Origin: Callorhinchus milii
Lineage: Eukaryota
Reading direction: 5' to 3'
Length of the DNA stretch: 64,000 bases
Assembly (NCBI RefSeq): GCF_018977255.1
Contig: NW_024704743.1
Coordinates: 38,628,001 to 38,692,000, forward strand
Position 1 is the stretch's first letter. The number at the start of each line of letters is the position of its first letter. The notes under the pieces were generated by a model. The model made no database searches. It worked only from the letters and a program-made list of their open reading frames with translations, and was not told the origin of the DNA. A program made the translations under genes and the position numbers. Below are positions 11,526-23,225 of this stretch, piece by piece.

Positions 11526-12899
11526 CAGAATATGAAAAGCTCCAGTACGCTTCCACAGTTTAATTTGGTATTCAAGCACTTTTCAAATTAACTTTAGCGG
11601 CAAAAGCTCATTATAAACGAAGCCCTTGTAGTTTGGTTCAGTTGCTTCAGTGATGCAATGGTTGTTTGTGTTTGCTGTACTTGTTTCTTTTAAGAGCTGC
11701 CAATCAGTTGATCATGTGGGTGGATAATAAAATAACTTCAGGAACACCAATCTCTGGTGCCTACAATGTATCAGAGTTCTGACTGACAATAGTCCGATTA
11801 TTGCTTTTCACGTTTTTGGAAACCTTTTCAGCATTAGAATTACCAGCAACAATCCCTTAACAGCATTCATTTCTGGTTTAATTTTTAACATTGAATTCAT
11901 CTGACTTGTGAACTTGGGATGTTCCAGAGCAAATGTCTGATATAACATTTTTTAATTCTTCCTCACTGACTGTCCCCGAGTGCTGTCGCTTCCCTAACAC
12001 TGTCTCTTTTCTTACACTGCCCCTTACATAGCACTCTTCCCAAAAGCTGTCTCTTTTCTAAAGTTGTCTCTCCCCTAAGATTGTCTGTTATGGCTTAGAA
12101 AGGATTTCTTTTGGCAGCTAAATATGGAGCGGATTTCTCTTACAAGCTGTAGTGGAAACTGTGGTCTTCTTCATTGTTAACCGATTCCCCTTCCCCCATC
12201 CCAGCTGGAAATAACTGTGTCTTGTATCAGGGGGTGAATGTCCAGGGGTTGTGGGGAGAGAACAAGGAATGAAAAAATTAAGGTACAAGCCAAATCTCAG
12301 TTAACTTGTGCTTGAAAGAAATACTGTAAGGGTGAGATAGACATCTGACTGTTGACACCAGCTGCTGCAAAACCAAACACGTAGAACATCGACCTCCACC
12401 TCATCCCCTTGAGAGTTCACAAGTTCTGTGTTGTGATCCAGCCAGAAACTCTTGGCAAAGGGGCAGCTTTCCAGCTCTGAGGAAGGAGAAGTTTCCAGTG
12501 CAGGAAACATCAATTCAGGATATTCTGACGCTGGGGATGTCTAAAGTGTCTCCTTCTACCGGCCTTTTAAGCATATATTTAACATCAAATCTCAAAATTA
12601 TACTTGTCAAAAGACAAAACGTGTTAAAATAGTAAGAGTTACCTTAGGCCTGCTTCAAATATATTACCAGGAATTTTTAAGAGACCAGTAAAATTTATTT
12701 TCACAATGTCTTTCTTTTATTAAAGATTCATACATCACTTGCTTTGCTTTGCAACCCTCGCCTTCTACAATCGAGTACAGGTTAACTTCCCCATCCCACA
12801 CTATAACATGCTCAGCTGAATCCAATATCTCAGTGACTGTTATGCTGTAAAAAGTCTGCAACTGTACCAAGATCTGCAACTGTACCAGGATCCTCCACA

Positions 12900-13085
12900 A
12901 GCTCCTTCCCCTCCATGGGATCCATCTCCTCCACAAGACCACAGGATCCTTTACTAACTCCTTCCCCTTCACAGGAATCTACTCCATGGCTCCTGCCTCA
13001 CCATTGGCTCTTACACTGCCTCCGCATAGGACATCTCGCCCTTCCCACCCCCCGTCACTTACTTTCACATTTCACCTTTGACACC
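12900..13085 (+). mobile_element. Internal L2-like fragment
   Basis: C-rich segment whose composition and motifs resemble the L2 ORF2 region between endonuclease and RT. No clean peptide motif. Confidence 0.4.
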
Positions 13086-13604
13086 ACCAAAGGTTAATCA
13101 ATTTGCAACAGTAAACCAGCTCATTTTCATTCATACCTGCAGATTCAAGAGTGAAACTGGATTAATATTGAAACTTTGATGACGAATCATTCTATTTTAG
13201 TCACACTGTAGAACCATAGAACTTGTAGTTATTATTGATTTTTAGGAAAATGATTTGACTATAAGACAGGGATGTGAAAGTGTTTTATTTCTGTAGTTTT
13301 CTCTTTTCTCTCCACTTATCCAGCAGAGCCCCAAATGTAAATGTGAAAGTTTGATGTATGAAGTGACTGTAGCAGTGTAAATGTGTGGGGCAGTTGCTTT
13401 AACTAGATAAACAATTTGTCCCTGTTAGACCAGAATCACTGAATCTCCAGCAGTCTCATTGCTTTACCTCACTCCCCCTCACGTATATACCTCAGATTGT
13501 CAGGAATAGTTTGCGATGATTACATATCTAGTAATGTGAACTTTTTGTTTCTCTAACCAAAACTTTCAATGTGTGGATATTCACATCTTTCTGTTTGATC
13601 ATCC

Positions 13605-13739
13605 TTGGGAGGGGGACTGGGTTGGGGAGGGGGACTGGGTTGGGGAGGGGGATTGGGTTGGGGAGGGGGATTGGGTTGGGGAGGGGGATTGGGTTGGGGA
13701 GGGGGATTGGGTTGGGGAGGGGGATTGGGTTGGGGGAGG
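13605..13739 (+). repeat. G-rich minisatellite, 18-bp unit GGGAGGGGGAYTGGGTTG, about 7.5 copies
   Basis: Directly visible. It produces the repetitive spurious ORFs (GEGDWV)n, (GRGIGL)n, (PNPIPL)n and (PTQSPS)n. Confidence 0.97.
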
Positions 13740-14269
13740 TGAACAGGGGCTCCTTTGGAGCTGGGCTGGCTCCAAGGTGATATGCTTCGCTGACCAAAAC
13801 AATTTTCTGACTGATCTCAAGTTGCATTGCTTATGACCATCATAACCACAACATAACTCTTGTATAATGTGGCGGAAAACTGAAAAGACAAGACAAATTC
13901 GTTTTTTAACTTTTATACTTAGAAATACTCGTCCCAGCCAAGTGTTTAAAATACCTACTGCTTGGCTCGAGTTTTATTTAAAAAATGGTGAAAATGGTTT
14001 AAAATACCAACTCTGTAAATTAGAGCAACATAAAGTGACTTGTCAAATACAAAACATTTCTTTACAATTTGAAAATATTTGTGAATGTGTGTGTGTGTGC
14101 ATATATATTATTTATAATATATAATAATATATAAAAGAGAGAAATATTAACCCTAGACTGCTGGCAGTTACATGTTGTGAGGTTGTATTTATTTACTTTT
14201 GACCTGAATTATAGCAATAAAACTACCCAAGTGTGGGGGGAAGGCAAACCATTGCTGAGGCAGAGTCCA

Positions 14270-14550
14270 AAATATTCCTTTCAAAGGGAATTTGATAGAT
14301 GATTAAAGAGGAGGAATATTAAAAGAGTTTGAGCCACAGGAGAGTGGGATTGAATTAGATGGCTCTTGTGGGGATATTGGTATAATGTTGATTCTTTCAA
14401 AAGCAAATTAGATAGATTTATTTTAGGAAATAACATTGTGGAATACAATACATAGTTTGGGACATGACATGTGCATGCAACTGCGAGGATGGTGGAAGGC
14501 AAACTAAATGGATGTTGGTCTTCTTTCGTCTAGCATCTTATGTTCTTATA
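14270..14550 (+). mobile_element. Decayed CR1 3' ends (probably two adjacent)
   Basis: ctttcaaagggaatttgatagatgattaaag and ctttcaaaagcaaattagatagattt (FKxxLDxF motif), ending ttatgttcttat. Confidence 0.55.
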
Positions 14551-15277
14551 TTCTTTCACGTCAGGAGTAAGTCTCAAAGCGCTTCATAAGATATATTGTA
14601 AAGTGGAGTGACTGTGTGTTTTGTGGGCAAATGCGGCGGCTAATTTGCCCACCTCAAAGAACCTATTTCAAATTGAAATGGACTGTTTCATATGTTTCTA
14701 TGATTTAATAACAATAATAATGTTTGCATTTGATATAGTACCTTATCACATCCGCAAAATGTCTTAAAGTGCTTCACAGGATATATAAAGAAGTGTAGTT
14801 ACTGTGTATATGTAGGCGCATTCTTACATTTACAGCACAGAAGAAGGCCATTTAGCTCAAAATGTCTAGCCTGGCTCTTTCAAAGACAATCCATTTACCT
14901 GCCTCTTCCCCATACCCACTTCAATTTTTTTNAGATATTTATACTTTATTTCCCACTTGAAAGCTAATTTCCAGTGGTTGGCAAATTTATAAATCTTGGC
15001 AGATGAGTATTTAATTCTCTCTTATTGATAAATTTAAACACCTCGGCTGTGTGAGCTTCTAATATGTTTTCTCAATATAAATTGTGCACTGGCAAACTCT
15101 GTAAAAGAAAGTCTTCAGAGAATTGACCTATAATGCCTCCTTTAGTTTAAATAAGGTTGTACTACGAGCAATGCAATTGCAAATGCAATTTTTCAGTCTT
15201 AGTGGATATATGCAGCTGCTCTGACTTGTGATAAATTTGGCAATTCAGCTGCAAAAGTACTAATTATATGAATGCCT

Positions 15278-15515
15278 GCTCAAGTGGATGTTAAAGATCC
15301 CGTGGCACTACTCGAAAAGAGAAGGGAGTTCCTCCTGGTGTCCTGGCCAATAATCCCCCAAATAAAATTGGTCATTCACTTCATAGTTGTTTGTTGGACA
15401 CTGTTGTGCGCCAATTGACTATTCTAATCACAATTAATACATTTTACTTGGTGAAATCTGGTGAAGCACTTTGAGACATTTCTGATGTTATCAAATGCAA
15501 GGATTGTTATTATTA
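15278..15515 (+). mobile_element. Deu-domain SINE, 3' two-thirds
   Basis: gtggatgttaaagatcccgtggcactactcg...ggtgtcctggccaa...tcaaatgcaaggattgttattatt. Confidence 0.8.
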
Positions 15516-17094
15516 CACTTAATTCGACATGCCGGGGACCATTCCAGTTTTGTCAACATAAGCAGTTTGTCAACATAAGCGGTCACAAGTGGACAATAGG
15601 TATTCTGTGATTAAAATTTCTGACCATGTATTTAATGTATTTGCATTGATTTATTTTTAAACAAGTCATACATTTAATTAAAATTCCTGAACCATTTCTT
15701 TGCATGTATTACATATAGAAAAATAGTCGTGTGAGTAAAAAATAGTCAATTAAGAGGACACTGACGACATAAACAACAAATTACATTTATATACCGACTT
15801 TCATGGGTTTGCCCCAACAAAAGGATTTGGTGATGAATCAGAGGTAAATAAACCCTGATTGTATTCCCTCAAATAGTGATTAAAAATCCCAAATAAAGGC
15901 AGGTAGCTCAGCCCACCCGGCTAGAAAATATGGGGGTTAGCATACCAGGTGGCACGATTTACCTTGCTCTGCTGTCACTGAAGTTTTCACAGGTTGGATG
16001 AAGAACCACCTTGGGAGATGTCAGGAACCACCTTTTGAGGCAACAAGGCTGTCTGATGAAGATCAGGGCACTGAGGGCAAGGCTGCAGTTGGAGGCATCC
16101 CTGTAAGATAAATGGGGTGTCAGGCACTCAGACTGGCAGGTGAAAGCTATGTTATCCATCGTCTGTACTTAATATCCTCAACCTCCTTTAACCCTGATAA
16201 CCAGCCAAATTTAAACTCTCTGCTCAAATTGCTCTCAGGCCCATCACCTCCATTCTCGATCGGCTCCACTGTCTCTCCTTTCCGCAGCGGATCAAATTTA
16301 AGTTTTGTCTGCCCTCTGTTGCCTTGGTCCACCCTGTCTCTCTTCAGTGTACCTTGATCCACTGTTCTGTCCGCTCTTGCCACTCAGTGTACATCAGCCT
16401 GCTTCATGTTCTACGCCCAATCTGCCCACTATCGGTAGGTGAGCTTTTAGCCGTTCTGTGTCTGCTGTATAAATATAAATCGTCGTCATAGTCCTTTGCT
16501 TGACCATCCCAATACTGGACCCTAATATCAGCATTCAAATATTCAACCCCTTCCCCATTCCCGAATTTGGTTGTAAAACTTTATTGAAGAGCTAGTTATT
16601 ACGTAGAGAGCATCTGTGCAAACACTTGATGTGCACTGATACCACATCTGATGTTTGAACTGGGGTAGCTTGGTTGGAGCAAGCCAAATATTCAAATAAA
16701 ACATGCAGCCTACTGAATTCCCAGATGGTGGAAGATAACAGTGTAGAATAGAGTTCAGCTTTGCAGATTTGCAGAGTTCTATGTTCATAAAAGATTGGAA
16801 TGCTCAGTCAGCTCTGTTAAAAAGGCAAGATTTACAGACGTAGGTTTTACATTGCTCTTGGCTTCAATTTGGTAATAAACAGCGAGTTTAAAAACATTGA
16901 AGAAACTGAAGAGTCGACTCCAGCTTTGTTAAACTGATAAGCGTGTATTTTGGAATAGAATTTCCAAATGCCACACTTTTTCTATTGCGGCCAATTTCTC
17001 GTTCCCTGTTACTGGACAGTTTAGCAATAGTTTTGAAGTAAATACTATACTTTTCCTCACCAGTTTATCTATGTTCTGTCCAGTTGCATACTGT

Positions 17095-17360
17095 TGGGAG
17101 GACGCACCAAGGCGCTTGATAGTCTGGGCTTGGCACCTTAGCAGGGGGTGGGAGCCGAGTGAAGTAGGGAGGGGAAAATGGAACAAGGGACAGTCAAAGA
17201 GGAAAGTCCTGAGACAGATCTTGAAAGAAGTGAGGGAGGAGGACAAGTCAGATGGACTCTGAGATGGAGTTCCAGAGAATGGGGGCATACAGGCTGAATG
17301 CCAGATCACTGATGGTTTGAGGAGGTCGCAGAGGGGTTGGGTGGGGCAAGACCATGGAGT
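17095..17360 (-). mobile_element. L2 3' fragment
   Basis: gggaggacgcaccaaggcgcttg...gtcaaagaggaaagtcctgagacagatcttgaa is homologous to the 3' end of the 10458 copy. ORF shows SLTSFKICLRTFLF. Confidence 0.75.
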
Positions 17361-17908
17361 GATTACAATATAAAGGGGTGTTGGTGCTGTTGAAAAATCT
17401 TGTGCAATGTGAATGGTGCCTCCACCTGCAAATTGCATGCGAACAACTTATACTTATGTAGAGGCTCTTATCTAGGCGCTCAAAGGGCGGAAGCAGAAAA
17501 CCAGAGCAGAAGGAACGGCGAAGAGTATCATGTAGGACATGAAGCTGGAGCAGATTATAACAATAGGGGTAGAATGAAACTCTGAAGGCATTTGAAAACT
17601 AGGATAAGGATCTTAAAATCAATCTGCTGCAGGAGAGGGAACTAAAATCTAACAAATCCCACAAACTGGCAGTCAAATGTCATGATCCACCAGCCAGAAG
17701 TATTAGGTGGAATAACCCAGCTTCACAGTGTCAGGGGCAGGGTTTCTCTAGCACATCTGGGTAATTGCTGTTCCATACTTCAGGATTTTCTAAATTTAAT
17801 CCGCACAATACAATATCATAAAATACAAATTCACATTTATAAAGTGCCTTCAGTGACTTGGACATAAGACACATTGTTTATTGGAGACTTCCCTGAAATC
17901 ACTTTTCT

Positions 17909-18293
17909 GGAGTTGTTGTTGCTTAGTAGTTAGAACACTCGCCTCACAAGCGAGAGGACCTGGGTTCGATTCCCAACATGGCGAAACGTCGGACACGTTT
18001 CCTTACTCCACACGCCTCTGTTTACCCAGCAGTAAGTAAGAACATAATTATTATTTGATTAGCAAATCGCTTTTCCGGGGGTAACAATCCCTTCGAAAAA
18101 GTAAATAAATAATAATAATTTGGTCACTCAATCCGCAACTGTTTGTGGGACACTGCTGTGCGTAATCGGCTGCCGTGTTTCGCCCACAAAATATACAGAC
18201 AATTCACTTTACAGTATATTCTGTGAAGTGCTTTGCGACATCTCGAAGACATGATAAGGTGCTAAATCAAATGCAAGGATTATTATTATTATT
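17909..18293 (+). mobile_element. Full-length composite tRNA(Val-like) SINE: head, Meta-like core, partial Deu domain, L2 tail
   Basis: Head with A-box-like tgcttagtagtt, anticodon-like arm ctcgcctcacaagcgag and B-box ggttcgattcc. Core ccttactccacacgcctctgtttacccagcagtaagta. Then tgtttgtgggacactgctgtgcg and tail atcaaatgcaaggat(tat)n. Confidence 0.85.
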
Positions 18294-19254
18294 CCTGACA
18301 GAAGTGAGTAACACTTTTTGCTGTGGACAAGGGAGTTTAGGAATCAAGTTCTAAAGTAACAACATTGGTTTTAAACTAGCAACAGGAATATCTTTCTGTC
18401 ACTCATAGGAACATGAGATCACTGAATTCCTCTATAGGGGAGGCGTTTTAATGGAATTTACTGCAAGCCCTTCAGAGGCCTTGCTATTCACAGCTGATGT
18501 GAATCAATAAGTCTATATAACCCAAATCCTGCTTTTCTAGAAATGTATATTGGTAGTTTTGTAAACTTGAAACCTGATTCTGATCTGGAATATGACAGAC
18601 AGGCTGTGATAACTTAGCTCTGCGCGCGCTACCAATTAAGTAAAACACATTATAACCGTATAGGAAGTTCCCCTTATCGTAGCCCAGGGATTAAGAGATC
18701 AAAATAGAAGCCTCTGTCTTCAGGAACAAGGACGAATTTCACTGTTATGCCAGAACCTGAGGTGCGATTTGACCCAGACAGCTTTAGTAATGTGGATGTT
18801 GTAACCTATGGAAAGTATCATAATATTTGACTATTCTGGCCATTTTTGCTGCCCCTGTACAACTGTAAAACAGTTGTGTTGTTGTTCAAGAAAAGATGAC
18901 AGTTCCTTTCCATCAATTGAGTTGGAGGGAAGGAACACTAGGGATGCAGAAGAATGAGCAACTGCAAGTTTTGTGGACTGTTTTACCAGCCACACAAAAG
19001 ACTATTGTTGGTAACAGTATTGTCAGCCGAGTACTACCAACAAAACCCTCACACTGTGTCTGAATGTTATATTGTACTTTTAAAAAGATACAGAAAGATA
19101 TTAGTTTAATAGCACGCGAATGTTGAAATGTCTCAAAGTGCTTTGCAGCAACTACTGTCAAGTGTAGTGAGTAGTTTACACAGGCAAATGAGACAGCCAA
19201 AGTGTTATGACAGCCATTGAAGGGAATGATCAATTTATCTGGAAGATTATTATA

Positions 19255-19800
19255 AGAACAACACTTGAATAAATGTAGCACCTTTCATGAGGGTAGCATC
19301 CTGGAGCTTTTAACAGTGGCATGGGTTGATGCTGAGCAAGAAAAGGAAAGTTGGTGGCTGAAGGCACAGTCGAAGAGGAAAGTGTTCAGGTGTGATTTTG
19401 AGACGGGGCAAAGAGGGGGCAAAACAGGCGGATTGAGGCAAGATGTCCAGAGATTTGGGGCATCACGTCTGAAAGCATGCCATCAATTGTGGAGTGGAGG
19501 GGACGAGGAACATGCAGGAGATCCCAGTCAACTGAGTGAAACTGAGAGTAGGGTGTGATCAGATCGGGGAGGTGCCAGGGCTTGAAGACAAGGATAGACA
19601 GGGCAGGTTGAGGAGACATTGACAGAAGCTGAAGAGGATGGCTTCTGTCTTGTTCATGTTAAGCTGCAGAATGTTGGTACTTATCCAGGCCTTGATGTCA
19701 GACAAGCAGGCAGTCAGAACATTGGTAGGGCTAGGGTCACGACTAGAAGAGGAAAAATTGATTTGGGTGTCATCCGTGGGAGTTGACGTTATGTCTGCGG
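19255..19800 (-). mobile_element. L2 fragment with internal deletion
   Basis: ORF 19559..19873(-) contains ADDTQI-like TDDTQINFS and LTACLSDIKAWISTNILQLNMNKTEAILF (L2 RT). The L2 3' end is at about 19260-19420. Confidence 0.85.
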
Positions 19801-19823
19801 ATAACAGAGAGGAAGCGTGTAAA

Positions 19824-19851
19824 GGGGTGGGGGGGGGGGGGGGGGGGGGGG
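19824..19851 (+). repeat. Poly-G tract
   Basis: ggggt followed by a run of more than 20 G. Confidence 0.95.
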
Positions 19852-19904
19852 CGGACACCATTAGAGGAGACAAAATTAGTCAGATACTGTATTATTAGTC
19901 AGTA

Positions 19905-20105
19905 TCATGGGAGAAACTCCCCTCTTTTTAAATTCTGCCTGGAATTGCAGACAGGACCTCGTTTAAAATCTTATCCAAAGGAAGATGCTGCTGACAAAAC
20001 AAAACTCCCCTATGCACTACGAGCTCAAGTTCAGGTGGAGGGCTTTGAACCCACAACCATCTGACCCAGAGGCAAGAGTGCTACCAATTGAGCCAGGCTG
20101 ACATC
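19905..20105 (-). mobile_element. tRNA/Deu SINE 5' part
   Basis: ctttgaacccacaaccatctgacccagaggcaagagtgctaccaattgagccaggctgac is the reverse complement of the SINE head. Confidence 0.8.
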
Positions 20106-20916
20106 ATCTCTTAAACAATTGTGGAATAATCCGAAGATCAGCCTGTGAAATTCCTGAGTATAAATCAACTTTTGCCAACAGATAAGTACATCATAATCCT
20201 TCATGCGCTCATTCTGCTCTAATGTCTAAACTGTTAGCTATGTCTTTGTAGTGTTCAAAGTAAGAAACATCTGGAATGAAACCTCATTGTCCAAAATGCT
20301 CATTTTCCATACAAGGGAGATATTTGTGGTGACGTTTGAAAAGAAATCTACGTTCTGACAGACCACTGTGGCGTGACATGTTGAGCCTCTAACATTCAAA
20401 TATGTAAGTAAAAATTGCTGTCTGGGATGAAAATTTCAGAAGAATGTTGTGTACCTTTTTTTTCCCCTTGCAGTGAATCTGTTTGGCTGGGCCTCCTTTT
20501 GAGGTACTGAACGAGACCATATGCTTTGGATTACACTGCTCTCAGCCCCTGCTTGTTCGCAAAGCCCAATCTGTTATGTTGATAAAATCTTCTGCATTTT
20601 GCAGGGTGGCACCAGGAGTATCTGCCTTGAAACTTGATATTTTGTCTGGAGACATTGTTTCTCAGTTTTGCTCAGTGGGTTAGGTGTAGGTCAGTGATAG
20701 AGTGAGGTGTTGAAATTAGTGTTACGGGCTGGCTTGTGAGGCAGCTCACATACTGTGCCTAAAACCTCTGATTTTATGTCAGGCTGAGTCTTGCAAATGT
20801 ATTCTGTCTGAACACAACAAGCACATTGAACAGCAACAACAATTTACAAATATTTAATGCCTTTCACATTGGGTGAACTTTTCGGAGAGTTTTACAAAGA
20901 CTGAGCACTATTAATA

Positions 20917-21090
20917 TAATATAATAATAATCCTTGCATTTAATATAGTGCTTTATCATGCCTTTGAGACATCTCACAGAATATACTGTAAAGTGAATTG
21001 ACTGTATATTTTAGTGGGCAAAATCCGGCAGCCAATTGCGCACAGCAGTGTCCACAAACATTCAAGGATTGCGTGACTAAATTATTATTA
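20917..21090 (-). mobile_element. 5'-truncated SINE (Deu remnant plus L2-type tail)
   Basis: (taa)n tccttgcatttaatatagtgc...gaatatactgtaaagtgaattgactgtata...cagccaattgcgcacagcagtg. Confidence 0.85.
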
Positions 21091-22834
21091 TCCTCATCAC
21101 AGCATCAAACATTTTTTTAAAATGAGTCCAATGTTCCAGCCTCACTCTCCCTGGTAACTTATTCCAGTCGTTAAAGCCCTCTGGCTAAAGAAATAATTCC
21201 TGGTGTTTGTCATGATGCATCCGAGAGTAATTCTCTGAGTTTACTTTCTCAATCCTCTATCCATCCGCTAACCTGGAACAGGCATTTAGGGATTAAAAAG
21301 AAGTTTTACTGAAAGCTCGGGAACCGACTGAATTGAACCATGACATTATGTGATCTGTCAGTCAACTCGATTTGTCGATGATTCTGAAACAAGATTGAGG
21401 TTTCAGAAACACAGGGGTAACCGGACTACTTTTTAAGAATACGCCAGTAAATCCTATGTTGTATATATAACGTCCTCCCGACGTGAAAAGCGCTATATCA
21501 AATGCAAGGATTATTATTATTATAAGGCCAGTATCGTTTGATTGAATGGAAGGAGTATGTACAGAATGTATTTTACAGAAGACACTTTACTGGCCTATTG
21601 GTTCATGTGACTTTATACCAACATGGAAGAAATATGTAGTTTGTACTGATATTGCATCAATTTAGACCATGAATAATATAAAAGAACAGCCTTCAACAGA
21701 TGTAAACTGCACAAATGGCTTGACAGCTCCTTTACTGGGCAAACCACAGTAAAACCCCTACTGTAACCCATTTCATTATAAATTGAGTTTGCTCGTATTA
21801 GCATGTGTGGAGACGACATTTTCTTACCAAGAAAAATCCAAAATAGGTCAGAGAGCTGGCCAGCTCATTTCGAAACACAGGTTTTGAAAAGAGTGGCTTT
21901 CTGCACGTCTGGACAGAGTTAATCCATAAGTGCTGACCAGTGATTGTATCCTGTTATAATGCTAGTTGGGATTATATGAACTCCAACTACCATGATATAT
22001 TGCTGCACTGTATTTGCAGCCTTCAGATCTGGTGTGTGTGCACTGCTTGCATGTTGCGCATTAATTTTCTGTTTAATTCACCATGATATTAATGAATATG
22101 TACAGAATCTGCGTGCGTGATCTGATGCATCTCCAGTTGACTCAGGGCAGCTTGATAGCAGTTCTTGCTGACTGAGTTCCAGCTGTGAAGAAAAACACAA
22201 GCATCTAATATCTTCGTTAACAACCCAATCTTGGAGCTGGGGCTAACCATATGCTAATCCATATCAGTACGCTTGATGATTTAATTAACAACCAATGTAA
22301 AGGATAATAAAATCATCTGTAATCCCTTTTAAAAGATTGCTCATTCTAGAATTAAGGACATCTGCGACTCCTTCCATACACTAGTACTTGAGCATGATTA
22401 ACACCACCCGAATATTTTCCACAACCCAGAAATTAGACCCCAGTTTCAGCCTTAATATCTAGAAGAGTATAAGAAACATATTTAGGTTTCACAGCTCGAT
22501 TTCTTTCATTTTTCAGAGTTTTGGGACGTTCCCCTGACATGAAAGACACTAAAGAATGTAAATTTCTATTGTACTATGCAGTCTGAGTTACATTCTATTT
22601 TCAGTGTAGAACTTCATGCAGTGAAAAGTGATTTTTTTTTAACAATGCATCGTGAGTATTATTGATTGCGCACTGCAACCATTTGGTTTGATTTGCTGAG
22701 TAGAGCAAATGATAGTCTGTAAATCAATGATGTGATAATAGATTATTTGTTATCAATTAAATGTGGCACAAAGGCTGCTTTTGCGAATCTGCTTGATTTT
22801 TGCAAATGATGGAGAAAACCCCTGTCATTGGGTC

Positions 22835-23225
22835 TGTTGGTAGGTGCATTGGCCAGTGGAAAACTGAACTAGATCAGGAAAGTCCCAGGCTTCATTTGTG
22901 GTCTGTGCTGAATTAGTTGAGATGAGCTAGGAATCAGGAATATGGGTTGCTGTAATTACCCTGGCCTAGGAAAGGAAAAGCCAGTAGACAGTCCAATTCC
23001 TTATATCCAATCCCTCTTGTTGCCATTATTGTCCAGTGCTTCATGCTATAAAGTGAACATGTGTAAACATCATACTTGGCTGTGATGCCCAGCTTGGTGG
23101 AGCAGCCTGTGAACACACTGTCTTGGCTCACACAAGACGAATGTCCACTTGAGCTAGATACTGGAGGTGGCTGGTTTCTGCAGGAAAAAAAATCTTATCA
23201 TAAGCCAGGAGAGGAGAAAATAGAA
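22835..23225 (+). mobile_element. Near full-length AmnSINE2-like ancient SINE
   Basis: gatcaggaaagtcccagg...ggtctgtgctgaattag...ttggctgtgatgccc...cagcctgtgaacacactgtcttggctcacac...gaatgtccacttgagctagatactggagg...caggagaggagaaaat is collinear with the recalled consensus. Confidence 0.65.

Noticed and set aside
12301..12513. 70-aa ORF with protein-like composition
   Set aside because: No recognisable homology or splice context.
13605..13739. Possible CRISPR-like or telomeric array
   Set aside because: Head-to-tail units without spacers, not TTAGGG, and in a eukaryotic intron.
13528..13836. Repetitive peptide ORFs (PNPIPL, GEGDWV, GRGIGL, PTQSPS)
   Set aside because: Artefacts of the stop-free 18-bp minisatellite.
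17909..17985. Possible genuine tRNA-Val gene
   Set aside because: The acceptor stem does not pair and the sequence continues into a SINE body, so it is a SINE head.
20450..20700. Strong-looking splice acceptor ttttttttccccttgcAG at about 20473
   Set aside because: No recognisable peptide and no convincing paired donor. Such acceptors are common decoys in long introns.
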